Source of the DNA: Lama glama
Lineage: Eukaryota
Reading direction: 5' to 3'
DNA length: 64,000 bases
NCBI GenBank assembly: GCA_028534125.1
Contig: CM052832.1
Location: 15,502,001-15,566,000, forward strand
In this document: positions 49,946 to 62,820 of the stretch, in pieces
How the letters are laid out: each line of letters starts with the position of its first letter
Position numbering within the stretch: the first letter of the stretch is position 1
Translations under genes and position numbers: made by a program
The notes under the pieces: model-generated
Told to the model about the DNA's origin: nothing
Database searches by the model: none
The model's input: only the letters and a program-made list of their open reading frames with translations

Positions 49946-52355
49946 CAGGCATTCCTCAGAAATATTGTGGGTTTGGTTCCAGACCACCCCAGTAAAACAA
50001 ATATTGCAATAAAGTGAGACAAAATTTTTTTGTTTTCCCAGTGCAAATAAAAGTTATGTTCATACTATACTGTAGTCTCTTTTAAATTGAAGTGTAGTTG
50101 ATGTCAATATTCTATAAGCTTCAGACATACAACATAGTGATTCACAAGTTTTAAAGGTTATATTCCATTTATAGTTATTATAAAACATTGGCTATAGTCC
50201 TTATGTTGTACTATATATCTTTGTAGCTTATTTATTTTATACATAGTAGCTTGTACCTCTTAATCCTTTACCACTAAAACTTGCCTCTTCCCCTTCCTTC
50301 TCCCCATAACCACTAGTTTGTTCTCTGTATTTGTCAGTCTGTTTCTTCTTTGTTATATTCATCAGTTTGTTGTATTTTTTTAGATTCCACATATAAGTGA
50401 TATTAGACAGTATTTGTCTTTTTCTGTCTGATTTATTTCACTTAGCATAGTACCCTCCAAGTCCATCCATGTTGTTGCAAATGGCAAAATTTCATTCTTT
50501 TTCATGGTAGAGTAGTATTCTGTTATATATACCACATCTTTATCCATTCATCTGTTGATGGACACTTAGGTTGCTTCCATATCTTGGCTATTGTAAATAT
50601 ACTGTAGTCTATTAAGTGTGCAAATAGCATTATGTCTAAAAAATTAATTTTTATCTAAAAAACAATTTTTGAATGCTATTTTTGCAAAAGCATTATGTGT
50701 CAAAAAGCAATTTTTGAATAATAGCATTATGTCTAAAAACAATTTTTAAAATATCAAATATTAAGTTTTAATTTAAAAATAAAAACTTTATTGCTAAAAA
50801 ATGCTAACCATCATCTAAGCCTTCAGCAAGTCAATCTTTTTGCTGGTGGAGGGTCTTGCCTCTATGTTGATGGCTGCTGACTGATCAGACTGATGGTTGC
50901 TGAAAGCTGGGGCAGCTTGGCAACTTCTTAAAAATAAAACAACAGTGAAATTTGCTGCATCAGTTGACTTCTTATCACAAATGATTTCTCTGTAGCATGC
51001 AACACTGTTTGGTAACATTTTGCCCACAGTATACCTTCTTTCAAAATTGGAGTCAATCCTCTCAAACCTGCTGCTGCTTTATCAACTGAGTTTATGTAGT
51101 ATTCTAAATCCTTTGTTGTCATTTCAACAATCTTCACAGTATCTTCAGGAGTACATTCCATCTCAGGAAACCACTTTCTCTGCCCATCAAAAAGAAGCAA
51201 CTCCTTATCTGTTAGTTTTATCATGTTATTATTGCAGCAATTCAGTCACATCTTCAGGCTGTACTTCTAATGCTAGTTCTCTTGCTATTTCCACCACATC
51301 TGCAGTTACTTCCTCTACTGAACCCCTCAAAATCATCCATGAGGGCTGGAATCAACTTCTTCCAAATTCCTGTTATTGTTGATATTTTGACCTCTTCCCA
51401 CGAATCACAAATGTTCTTACTCGTCTTAATGGCATCTAGAATGGCAAATCTTTTCCAGAAGGTTTCTAATTCACTCTGCCCAGCTCCATCAGAGGAATCA
51501 CAATCTATGACAGCTATAGCCTTACAAAACGTATTTCTTACACAATTAGACTTGAAAGTCAAAATCACTCCTTGGTCCATGGGCTGCAGAATCGATGTTG
51601 TGTTAGCAGGTATGAAAACAACAATTAACCTTGTTGTACATCTCCATCAGAGGTCTTGGGTGACCAGGTGCATTGTCAACTAGCAGTAATATTTTGAAAG
51701 GTATCTTTCTCTGAGCAGTAGGTGTCAATAGTGGACTTAAAATATTAAGTAAGCCATGTTGTAAACAGATGTGCTGTCATTCAGGCTTTTTAAAATTTCA
51801 TTTATAGAGCACAAGCAGAGTAAATTTGGCACAATTCTTAAGGACCCAAGGGTTTTTGGAAGGGCAAATGAGCACTAGCTTCAACTTAAAGTCACCAGCT
51901 GCATTAGCCCCTAACAAGAGGGTCTTATCCTTTGAAGCTCTGAAGTCAGACACTGAGTTCTCCTCTCTAGCTATGAAAGTCTTAAATGGCATCCTTTTCC
52001 AATATAAGGCTGTTTCATCTGCATTGAAAATCTGTTGTTTAATGTAGCCACTTTCATGAACTATCCTAGCTAGCTCTTGTGGAAACTTCCTGCAGTCTCT
52101 ACATCAGCACTTGCTGCCTTCACCTTGCACTTTTATGTTATGGAAGTTGCTTTGTTTAAACCTTATGAACCAACCTCTGATGGCTTCACATTTTCTTCTG
52201 CATTTTCCCCACCTCTCTCAGCCTTTAGAGAATTGAAGAGAATTAGGACCTTGCTCTTTAAGATTAGGCTTTAGCTTAAGGGAATATTGTGGCTGGTTTG
52301 ATTTTCTATCAAGACCACTAAAACTTTCTCCACATCAGCAATAAGACTCATCATG
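49946..52355 (-). mobile_element. Tigger1 DNA transposon (one end missing), broken transposase
   Basis: TA followed by the terminal CAGGCATTCCTCAGAAATATTGTGGGTTTGGTTCCAGACCACC; minus-strand peptides ..FIAREE..LLLGANAAGDFKLK..NP..LKN.. and [11 protein letters not shown].. of a pogo-like DDE transposase. Confidence 0.92.
50079..50597 (-). mobile_element. L1 3' fragment inserted into Tigger1
   Basis: 13-bp TSD TATACTGTAGTCT (50066-50078 and 50598-50610); minus-strand L1 3' motifs. Confidence 0.88.
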
Positions 52356-53594
52356 TCCAAAATCACTGGATTCCTAATTCTTCAGCAATATGAGACACCC
52401 CTGAATCTGTGTGTAGTTTATCTCCTACCCTCTGGTATACCTGTGTCTTATGAGGACATCCAGAGTACTTGCTACTTCCTGCTCCCTAGTCTAAGACGTT
52501 TTCAATATAGTGGATCAGGTAAAATGACTATTACTCGTTAAAAATAAAAAAAAACAAGTGCCTTGAAAAAAAATATATAGTGGATCAGTATAATATTCTG
52601 GGGAATGTCCAGATGATCAAGGTAATGTTAGCCTATATTGTGACAGAGAGAGCAAGAGAGGGAGCAAGAGAGTAGCCCTGGGAAAGACCATGACTGTACA
52701 CTGCTGCTTATTCCATGTGAATGTGAACTGTTTCTGGTCTTCCTTCCTGATGGAGATAGAAGAGGATACTATGACCAGATCAAAACCCATATACCAAGAC
52801 CCAGAGTCTATGTTGGATTATCAAATAGTTCACCATCATCCATCATAGTCATACTGGTTTTCACAGGAGCCACAGTGGTGAAAAAATGGAAATAAAATAT
52901 ATAACAACTGCATTCTTTAAGTATTTCATGTTGATATTAATCTGTCATTCCAAGTGGGATGCAAAACGAATTTATTTAATATATCTTGGCTTGGCAGATG
53001 GTAGGAAAGATTGTTTTGGGAGCTTTTACTAGTATTTTCCCATCATTATGGCTCCTACTTCATATATTAGACAAGCCAATGTGAGAGTTCTATCTAAATA
53101 GATCCATTCTCTGGTAGGGATATTATCAGAGGATTGGTTCACAGACCCATGAGAACCACTGATTTTCTACTGAGACCACTAAAACTTTCTCCACATCAGC
53201 AATAGTCTCATCATGTCCTCATGGACCAAGCTCTACTGAGAAAAACTTGGTCCAGGACACCATTTATCACCCAGCCTCCATATACTACTTAATAAGGAGG
53301 TCATGATGTCACTTTGGGTATCCTGATACCAGCGTCACCACAGATTCTAAAACCAACATCTCTCAAAAGATCTTATTGTTCCTCCTTTGTCCTGTGTACA
53401 GTTACCTTAGTAAATTACAATAGGTCCCTTTAGGATTAGAGGAACTGCTACTGTGCTGTCAGAGTCCTTCCTCAAGATAATTCAGTCTTCTCTGGGTCTA
53501 AGAACTGTCTCCAGTCTAGCAATTGAATGAGGGATCATGATTTTTCCTTTTCAGTAGCAAACATCAGCCTTTGGCTCATTCACTCTTTTGTTTG

Positions 53595-53705
53595 TTTGGG
53601 GGTAACTAGGTTTATTTATTTAGTTAGTTATCTTAATGGAGGTACTGAACTCAGGACCTCGTGCATGCTAAACATATACTCTAACCACTGAGCTATGCCC
53701 TCCTC
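53595..53705 (-). mobile_element. tRNA-Ala-derived SINE (vic-1-like)
   Basis: TGGAGGTACTGAACTCAGGACCTCGTGCATGCTAAAC..CCACTGAGCTATGCCC. Confidence 0.8.
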
Positions 53706-54909
53706 AAGACTCATTCACTCTTGATCTTTTTTTGGTTATGTAGATTGAGTAATAGCCTAATCGGCTTTCTGTCTATCTTGCACTGGGCATACCATGGCCT
53801 ATTAGCCATTGCCACAGATCTCCATCAGTCTCTTCCCTCTGGTTGCCATTCTTACTTTGCTGCCTATTGTGGTAATTATGTCTGCCTTAGCACTGACAAT
53901 TAAGTCAGGACCTCTACTGGTTAAAAATCCTATCATCTCCATTGATACTAGGGACTTCAGTACTTTATCAGCCTCCTCTATGATGAATCCTAGCTTTCAA
54001 AGAACAGCTACTACTGATATTCTCAACAATGTCAGTGCTCATCTCTAGCAGATTTCTTATTGCTTTATTGAGGGGAGTATCCTCTGGCCTCCTAGGGAAC
54101 ACAGTCAACTGTTGAGTTCTTTGATAAAGGTAAATTTATTCTAGCATGTCTACATTTTAACTTTTCCAAGGCAGTTCCAGCACCTCTCTCACCATACGGT
54201 ACTGTTTTTCCAAGCTTCAAGGAGCTTTCTCAGTGATGTGCTAGGATCAGTTCTAGGTGTCTTTGCCAGGAGTTAAATCCTAAGTCACAAGAGAGTGTCT
54301 TTATATTAATATATGCTTCTTTATCCAGTCTTATATTCTAATCCCCTTGTTCCAGCACCTTCAAAATCTCCATCCCTGGGCATATTCTTCCAGTTACTAC
54401 AGGTACATATTACCCAGATTCTGTAACTCTTTTAGTGAATAATTTCTTTTCTCCCAAAGTGAAGTCAGTATTTCCCCAATTGGGCCATAACAAAAAATGA
54501 TCCAAATTATTAGCCTAGAAGTCATGAAGGAGTTTGGGGGCAAATCTTGGGGAGGGCAGGTATCACTTACAAGGCAACTGCCTCAGATGTAGCTTCCACA
54601 TACTTCTGAATAAGGAGAAACTATCATCTCCCAACAAGGGGGAAATGGGACACTTCTTTAGGTCTAGAGAATTCAGGGGAATCTAGGGTTCAAGGTTTTC
54701 AAGTGTGTCCATATAGGTAACTCCATCCCAGGTGTCAGGGATATCAGGGTGCCACTCTCTCCTTATCAGGGCACTGATTTTGATGTAGGAGTCTTAACAG
54801 GGCTGTGAATTAAGTGAATTCTATAATTCTGCTACTCTTACAATCAAGTACTGTACTTGAGTTTCAGCTCAATCTGCCCTCTAGCTGCAGGAGATGTCTG
54901 TCTTTAAAA

Positions 54910-55530
54910 CAAAAAACATGCACCCCAATGTTCATAGTAGCACTATATACGATAGCCAAGACATGGAAGCAACCTAAATGTCCACTGACAGATGACTGGA
55001 TAAAGAAGTTGTGGTATGTTTATACAATGGAATATTACTCAGTGATTAAAAAAAGAATAAAATAATGCCATTTGCAGCAACATGGATGGGACCTGAAGAT
55101 TGTCATTCTAAGTGAAGCCAGAAAGAGAAAGAAAAATACCATATGATATCACTAATATGTGGAATCTAAAAAAAAAAAGAAAGAAAGAAAGAAAAAAGAG
55201 AACACTAACGAACTCATCTACAGAATAGAAACAGACTCGCAGACATAGTAAACAATCTTATGATTACTAGGGGAGAGGGGGTCAGAAGGGATAAATTTGG
55301 GAGTTTGAGATTTAATGCAAATGTTAACCACTATATATAAAAATAGATTTAAAAAAACAAATTTCTTCTGTACAGCACAGGGAACTATATTCAATATCTT
55401 ACAATAACCTTTAATGAAAAAGAATATAAAGACAGCTACTACTGATATATATATATGCATGACTGGGACATTACGCTGTACACCAGAAACTGACACATTG
55501 TAACTGACTATAGTTCAATTAAAATAAAAT
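54910..55530 (+). mobile_element. 5'-truncated L1 3' end
   Basis: TCTPMFIVALYTIAKTWKQPKCPLTDDWIKKLW and a 3' UTR with A tail. Confidence 0.9.
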
Positions 55531-56081
55531 AATACTACCATTGAGGCATTCTGGCTCTCATACTTTTCCTGAGTTTGTAGCTGGTTAGCTTGAGCCTGTC
55601 ATTTTCTCTATTCAGCACAGCAAGGACACTTACAGAAACCTAAAGAAGTATTCTTAAGAAAATCTTCACAACCATCATAGTCAATAGTGAAATATTGAAA
55701 GTTTTCCCCACAGGGTCAGATGTGAAAAAGGATGTTCACTATCCCCACATCAATTTAATTGTACTGTCAATTGTATTAGAGGTCCTTTATAATAACGCAA
55801 GAAAAATTAATGAAAGGCAGAGGGTTGGAAAGAAAAATTAAAGTGTCATTATTCAAAGATGACATAGAAAATCCAAAAGAATCCACATAGAAACTATTAG
55901 AATTAATAAGTAAATTTAGTTTGATCTCTGGATCAAATATTTTTAAAAATTGCATTTTTATATATTAGCAATTTTTAATTAGAAAATAAGATTTTTAAAA
56001 ATACCATTTATAATTACATCAAATACCCAGAAAAGTATCTAACAAAAGATGTACTAGATTTCTACAATTAAGAGTTCAAGG

Positions 56082-56175
56082 GTAGGGGGCTGGGTATAGC
56101 TCAGTGTTAGAGCACATGCTTAGCATGCATGAGGTCCTGGGTTCAATTCCTAGTAACTCCATTTAAAAAAAAAAA
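56082..56175 (+). mobile_element. tRNA-Ala-derived SINE (vic-1-like)
   Basis: GGGTATAGCTCAGTGTTAGAGCACATGCTTAGCATGCATGAGGTCCTGGGTTCAATTCC followed by poly(A). Confidence 0.88.
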
Positions 56176-57062
56176 TTCAAAACATCACTGTGAGTGACAT
56201 GAGTGAAAACAAGCGAATGGGAAACTTTGGGGGTCAGCACTCCCCAGAAATATCAAAAAAAAACCCAAAACAGTCAAAAATTGTCAGAATCAACCTTATA
56301 AAATCTGGAAGGTAGTGAGAGAAATTTACAGCAACCAAGTGAATGCTTAAGCAGAGGAAAGGCCTCTGTAACAGGGTGGAGAACTTCAAGGTGTTTTAAC
56401 TAGTCCTGCCCACCCCCCAACTCCCCCCCCCCCCGACATGTTTACAATCTTGAAAATGGCAGCTCTTGTTCCCAGTGCGGTTCCTGGTTCCAGAGGGAGC
56501 AGAGTAGATTTCTTTCCTAATTGTGTTTGTATGTTTTGACCTGACTAGGGATTCCCTGAAGGACTAATATAAGAGGCTTCCTCTGTTCTGCCTATCTTAG
56601 AAATCTATCAGAGCAGAGAAGTTATACAGACATTTTTTGAAAACACTGAAAGACAAATGAACAAGCTGTGCCACCTGGGGCAAAATATAAGAGAACAAAC
56701 AACAGACATGCCAAAACCTGAGAGGAAAAGCCAGGGAATAAGATTTTGGGGGCAACAGGGGACTTGGAAATTTCCCATATATATCGGGGAACCTAGAAAT
56801 CCACACACATGCCCAAGGCAGGATGTATGCTCAGAAAAGACCTAAGAAGAGCATAAGCGTTCACCTCTGAATGGTCTTTACGCTCAGTGCAAACAGGAAG
56901 TGAAGGCCAAGAAAGAGTTGTAAATGGCCTGGTTAAGCATTGAAGGAATTTTCCCAACCCAGAGCCAATCTGGAAAGACCTAGAGAGAATTTTCCTTTCC
57001 TTTTCTTTCCTTTTCTTTTTGTTTTCCATAATATTCAAATGCCCATTTTTCTTTTCCTTTCC

Positions 57063-57065
<3 letters not shown>

Positions 57066-57093
<28 letters not shown>
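57066..57093 (+). repeat. (TG)n microsatellite
   Basis: Pure TG run. Confidence 0.95.
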
Positions 57094-57099
<6 letters not shown>

Positions 57100-57109
57100 C
57101 TGTGTGTAG

Positions 57110-57217
57110 AATTAGGTTTATTTATTTATTAATTTTTTAATGGAGGTACTGGGGATTGCACCCAGGATCTCTTGCATGTTAAGCACACAATCTACCCCTT
57201 GAGCTATACCCTCCCCC
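57110..57217 (-). mobile_element. tRNA-Ala-derived SINE (vic-1-like)
   Basis: TGGAGGTACTGGGGATTGCACCCAGG..GAGCTATACCCTCCCC. Confidence 0.8.
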
Positions 57218-58382
57218 TCAAGATGTACAGTTTTTAATAAAATCTATGAAGCAAGCAAAGAGACAAGGAAGTTAGGCCCACTCACAGGGGAGAAAAAGGA
57301 GAATATCAATAGATATAAATGATAAAAAGGAAGCAAATAGCAATTCTGAAGTTGAAATGTACACTAACTGAAATGAAAAATTCACTAGAGGATTTCAACA
57401 GCTAATTTGAGCAGACAGAGGAAAGAATCAGTGAACTTAAAAATAGGTCAAATGAAATTATCCAATCTGAGGAACAGAAAGAAAAAAGTACGAAGAAAAA
57501 TGAACAGAGCCTAAGAGACCTGTGAGACACTGTCAGACATACCAATGTATGCGAGTCCCAAGAAGGAGAGGAAAGAGAGAAATGGACAGAAAAAAAATTT
57601 TGAAGAATTAATAGCTGAACACCCCCACATCAATTTGATAAAAGACATGAATCTGTACATTCCAGAAGCTCAACAAACTCCAAGTAGGATCAATGCAGAG
57701 TTCCATATTGAGACATATAATCAAACTGTTGAAAGCTGAAAATAGAGAATCCTGAAAGCAGCAAGAGAGAAGTGAATTATAATATGCAAGAGATAATCAG
57801 TAAGAATTAAAAGCCAATTTTTAATCAGAAAACCATTGAGGCCAAAAAGCAGTGGGATGACATAATTAAAGTGCTGGAGGGGGGAAACCTGTCAACCAAG
57901 AATTTTATATCCAGGAAAACTATCTTTCAAGAACACAGAAAATATTAAGACAGTCCCAGAAAAACAAAAACTGATGGAGTTAAATGCCAGGAGACCTGCT
58001 CTATAAGAAATGCTTCAGGCTGAAATGAAGGGACATTAGACAATGCACATGCAAAATAATGAATGTGGAGCCTTACCCCACATAATACACAAAAATCAAC
58101 TCAAAATGGGTCACCTAAAAGTGAGAACTTAAAGTATTAAACCTTTAGAAATGTGTATATTGGAAGTGAAAAAGTCTATTAAGAGGTGAAAGCATAAAGG
58201 GCATATGGGTGGCCATACATACATTCCGATTTACTATGAATATCTTATTTCCTGTGTGTGAGAAAATAAAGACTAATAATTAAACTGCTGTTGATTCTGG
58301 AAAGCTTTACCATGTTCCTTCCAAGAAACACATTCAACTAGAAGGAATAATACTGGAAGGAACTAAGTTGGAGGAAGAGCAG

Positions 58383-58769
58383 TGTTATGGACTGAACTGT
58401 GTCTCCGCCCCCTCCAAATTTGTATGTTGAAACTCTAATGCTCAATGTGACTGTATTTGGAGATAAGGCCTTTAAAGAGGTAATTAAGGCTATATGAAGT
58501 CATAGGTGGGGGGGGCCTAATCTAGTATGAGGAGTGTCTTTGCATGAATAGAGACACCGGGAGTGCATGTGCACAGAGAGGGGTCACATGAGGACCCAGC
58601 GAGAAGGCAGCAGTCTGCTAGCCAAGGACACAGGTCTCAGGAGAAACCAAACCTGCTGGCATCTTAATGTTGAACTTACAGTCTCCAGAACTGTGAGAAA
58701 ATAAGTATCTCTTGTTTAAGCCACACAGCCTGTGGAATTTTGCAATGGCAGCCCTCTAAGACTAATACA
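58383..58769 (+). mobile_element. MLT1 (MaLR) solo LTR
   Basis: TGTTATGGACTGAACTGTGTC...GGCAGCCCTCTAAGACTAATACA. Confidence 0.88.
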
Positions 58770-59699
58770 AAGAGCCACTGATACTTGACAATAAATCTTT
58801 AAAGGAAATTTTAGATCATGTAGACAGAATAATTGCTGTTGCTTCCAAGGGATCATGATCATGACAAGAGCAGAAGAATCACGTTCAAAAATGCAACTTC
58901 CAGCAGTCTGGGTTTATCAGAAGCTGCATAATACAAGCAAAAAGAATGTAACACTAGTAACCAGAATGTGTTTGTAATATAAAATTTCTGATTAGATGTT
59001 CTTAAAAGTATATAACTATTTCCAAATTTATTTCTCAATCTTTTATAACTTGACTATATATGTATACTAATTATAATTAATACAGTTCTCTTGAGCTCAT
59101 ATGTGTGTATTTGGTATTTTTATTCAGTTCACAACTATAGACAAATGTGTCTATCCATAAGTAACCAATGCCATCAAAAGACTTAACTCACAATATCATT
59201 ATCACAACTAATAATTTTAACAGTAACTCCTGATATCTTCAAATTTCCAGTCAGTGGCTAAAACCACAGTTGTGTCATAAAGGTCATACTTTTAAAAAAA
59301 AAAGTCTTTTTCTAAAAGCTATGATCCAAATGAGGTCCACACATTATGATTGGTTAATATGTCTTAAAATCTTTGAAACTACAGGTTTCCTTCCATCCCT
59401 TTTTTCCCCTTGCAACTTTTTTTTTCTGAAGAAAATTTGCTGTTTGTTCCCCAGAATTTCTTAGACCCCATTTTGCTTTTTGCACCACTGTGGTATAGTT
59501 TAACATGTTTCCCTGTCTTCTGTATTTTCTGTGAATTGATAGCTATATCTTGAGGTTTGATCACATTCATGTTTGATATTTTTGGCCAAACTAATAGGTG
59601 GTGTTGGTGCTTTCCATAAGAAGCTCATCATGTCTGGTTGTTTCTTTTTTGTGGTATTAGCAGCCACTGATGCTCAGTGCCTAGATTCATTAGTTCACT

Positions 59700-60135
59700 A
59701 GTGGTTCATTTATTTATGTTTTTATTGTGGTAAAATATATATCACAAAATTTACAATTTAAACCATTTTAAATGTGTGATTCAGTGGCATTAAGTACATT
59801 CACGTTGTTGTGCAACCATCACCTGCAGAACTTTTTTCATCTTTCAAATTGAAACTCTGTACCCAATAATGTCCCATTTCCTGCTCTCTCCAGCCTCTAT
59901 CAGCAACTGTTTTATTTTCTGTCTCTATGAACTTGACCACTCTGTAAATCCCTCATATAAAGAGAGTCATACAGTGTTTGTCCTTTTGTGACTGGCTTAC
60001 TTCACTTAATATAATGTCTTCAAGGTTCACCCATGTTGGAGTATGGGTAAGAATTTCCTTCCTTTTTAAAGCTGAGTAACATTCTATTGTATGTATATAT
60101 CATATTTTGTTTACCCATACTTTGGTCAGTGGACG
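59700..60135 (-). mobile_element. L1 3' fragment
   Basis: TTTTATTGTGGTAAAATAT..GGCATTAAGTACATTCACGTTGTTGTGCAACCATCAC. Confidence 0.8.
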
Positions 60136-60139
60136 CCTG

Positions 60140-60885
60140 CTGTAGACGTAGTACCGTTTCTTACAAGGCAAAAAATTACAAGGCAAAACAGAGCTTGTAT
60201 GCAAACCATACATTGCTGCCAAGTCATTACAGCTGTTTGAATTGCAGGCAATGTCGAGAACAAGAAGCAAGATCTCCATTCCCACACAAATTTGCAGTAA
60301 ATACATTTCCTGAGCTCAAACTACAGTTCCAGCAATGCTTTTCAGATCTCAGTGCAAGTCAAAGGAAATTTCTATATTTTAGTTGTACAATTAAGGAGCT
60401 TCCACCTAACCTTCAACTTTGGATGTGACTAATCTACAATGTAATGATGTGATAAAAGGCAAGTATCAAGAGAATATAAATGACAGAATTCTATAAATGC
60501 CTTTCATGTGATAAATATGCTCAATTAAACTCATATGCTCTTGGATTGATATCAGTATTTGGAAGTAGTATCTGTGTGAAGACATTTTCAAAGATTAAAT
60601 ATACAAAATCTCATTATAAATCAGTACTAATACATGAATATTTGCAATTGATTTTAATAATCAGAAACACTGACTCTGAACCCCACTTAAGCAACAGAAC
60701 TGTGTTACAAAAAATTATACTCAATTATTATATTTTGAATTTTGTCAATAAAAATTTGTAGAAATTTGTTTTCCTTAATTTTTATGTATGTATATAATAT
60801 CCTTGACTTTGCTTCTTGGCATGCAAAGCCCAGTGTTTACTATGTGATCCTTTATAGAGTAATTTTGCCAATCCTTGGTCTAGAA
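60140..60885 (+). mobile_element. hAT/Charlie-family transposase relic
   Basis: ELKLQFQQCFSDL.. and EFYKCL..KYAQL..LISVFGSS..KTFSKIKYTKSHYKSVL resemble the hAT C-terminal dimerisation region. Confidence 0.65.
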
Positions 60886-60949
60886 GAACACTGGTCAAGT
60901 ACATCTAGCTGCCCATTGGACAGTTTCCAGTCATTCAGAGAGAACTCTT

Positions 60950-62820
60950 CATCCACTCCCAAGTTCCATTCCTGTCTTCCACTCACTAAATGGCCTCTAA
61001 TTCAACTGTTCAAGACAAAATTCTAGAAATCTTTCTTAATTTATTACTTTCCCAAATCCCTGTATTAATGTTATAATGTCCTGTGTCAGTCCTACCTTGA
61101 AATATAATAGCTTTAATCCGTCTCTTTTCTCCATATCTACTTTACCCACCTCTTGTCTGCACTAATGGAATACTCTAATTGGTCTCCCTGCTTCCACTCT
61201 TGCCCCCTAATGATCCACTATTAGCTCTGTAGCTATAGGAATGTGTTTAAAATGCGAAAAGACAATTACTCCCCTGCTTTAAACTCTTTATTGCCTTCCC
61301 ATTGCATTTAGAATAAAATCCAAATTTCTTATGACAATCTGAAAGGCTCTATATAGCCCAGCCTCAGCCTACTTCTTCAGTCACATCTGCAACGAACTGA
61401 ATATTTATGTCCCCCCAAATTCACATGTTGAAATCCTAATCCCCAATGTGATGGTATTAGGTGGTTAAGGCTTTGGGGTAGTAATTAGGTCATGAAGGTG
61501 AAGCCATCATGAATGGGATCAGTGCTCTTATAAAAGAGACCCTAGAGAGCTCCCTTTCTCTTTCCACTATGTGGAGATAGACAGAAGATGACTGTTTATG
61601 AACCAGGAAGCAGGTCCTCATGACACTGAATCTTCTGGTGCTTGATCTTGGACTTCCCAGTCTCCAGAACTATGAGAAGTAAATTTCTGTTGTTTAGAAG
61701 CCACCCAGTTTGTGGTATTTTGTTACAGATGCCCAAATGGACTAAGACAATCTCATTCCTCTCCAGGCCCACTGGTATGTCAAACACACCTCCTTTTCTC
61801 TTTCTTGACCTTTGCATCTGCTCAACACTTTACTGGAACCATTTTCCTTGCCCTGCTTTGCATGACTGGTTCTTTCTTTTCCTTTGAATACTAGATCAAT
61901 GTGCTCAGTATGCCTTCCTTGTTACTCTCCACCTTATTACCTGGTTTCTTTCCTTTCTAGCACTGAAATGTAATCCAAACAATGTCCACCGTGCCTAAAC
62001 CAGCACCCACATATTTACTTACTGAGTAAAGGAAAGTCCAAGAAAGGCTCATGATATGGGGAAATAAAAGCTGTTAGAACACATAGCAGAGGTCCTACCC
62101 TAAACCTAATGGCCAGGGAGATTTCTAGAAGAAGTGATGTTTAAACTGGTATCTGAAGAGATTAGGAATTAGTCCACTGGGGATATTTCTAGGTAGGTAA
62201 CTATTCTAGGAAGAGAGATGAGCATGGGGGGGGCAGGAAAAGCAAAGGCCTAGGGGAGACAATAATGAATGATGAGATTGTAGTAATTGGGACCAGATCA
62301 TTTGGACTTCATGAAAAATTAAGAGGAAGCAAATGAAAGGTTTAAGCTGGAGAGCTGATGAAACAGTACTTTTTGCTTTAGAAAGATCACTCTGGCCATA
62401 GTGTGTACAGTGAAGTATAAAGGGAAGCAAGATGGAAACAACCAGGTGGGAGGTGACAGCAGAAGCAGTGAAAATGAAGGCAGGCTTCAACTTGAAATAT
62501 TTAGTCAATAACATTGGTAGGACAGGTACAGGAGCTGAGATAGGTGTCCAGGGACACTCTTATTTTAGTCTTGGACACTTGGGTGGATGGTGGAACCATC
62601 ACTAAATCTGGAAACAATGGAGGGGCAGCTGGCTAGAGGTAGGGTAGGGTATTTTAGACATGCTGAGTTTTGAGATATCTATGAAGCACCTACATAGCTG
62701 GTTTAAACATCTGTCTCTATTAAAGTGATGATCCAGGGTCCAAGCTCCTGTGATACTTCTGCTTTTTCCATCAGTGCCTGGTACACAGCAGGTGCTTATT
62801 GTTAAAGGAAGGAATGAAAG
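60950..62820. mobile_element. L2 LINE fragments in both orientations
   Basis: TGGTCTCCCTGCTTCCACTCTTGCCCCC, TAGAATAAAATCCAAA, TTTAGAAAGATCACTCTGG motifs. Confidence 0.65.
61388..61750 (+). mobile_element. MLT1A-like LTR
   Basis: GTCCCCCCAAATTCACATGTTGAAATCCTAATCCCC..CCAGTCTCCAGAACTATGAGAAGTAAATTTCTGTTG..GACTAAGACA. Confidence 0.85.

Larger units (their letters stand above)
49020..54900 (-). mobile_element. ERV-L internal relics (gag/pro/RT), interrupted by Tigger1
   Basis: Degenerate minus-strand similarity to ERV-L gag-pro (about 49020-49943 and 53220-54900) and RT (about 52360-52860), recognised by eye. Confidence 0.6.
56190..58150 (+). mobile_element. Ancient L1M 5' UTR/ORF1 relic
   Basis: ORF1 motifs GAAAGAATCAGTGAACTT, CAGAAGCTCAACAAACTCCAAGTAGGAT, GAGAATCCTGAAAGCAGCAAGAGA. 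Confidence 0.75.

Noticed and set aside
50815..51992. Domesticated TIGD1-like gene
   Set aside because: The transposase is fragmented by stops and frameshifts and lies inside a Tigger1 with a terminal repeat.
56091..56161. Possible tRNA-Ala gene
   Set aside because: Mismatched stems, a poly(A) tail and several diverged copies in the window make it a SINE.
60087..60761. GTF2IRD2/ZBED-like coding exon
   Set aside because: Frameshifted, without splice context and surrounded by repeats; a hAT relic.
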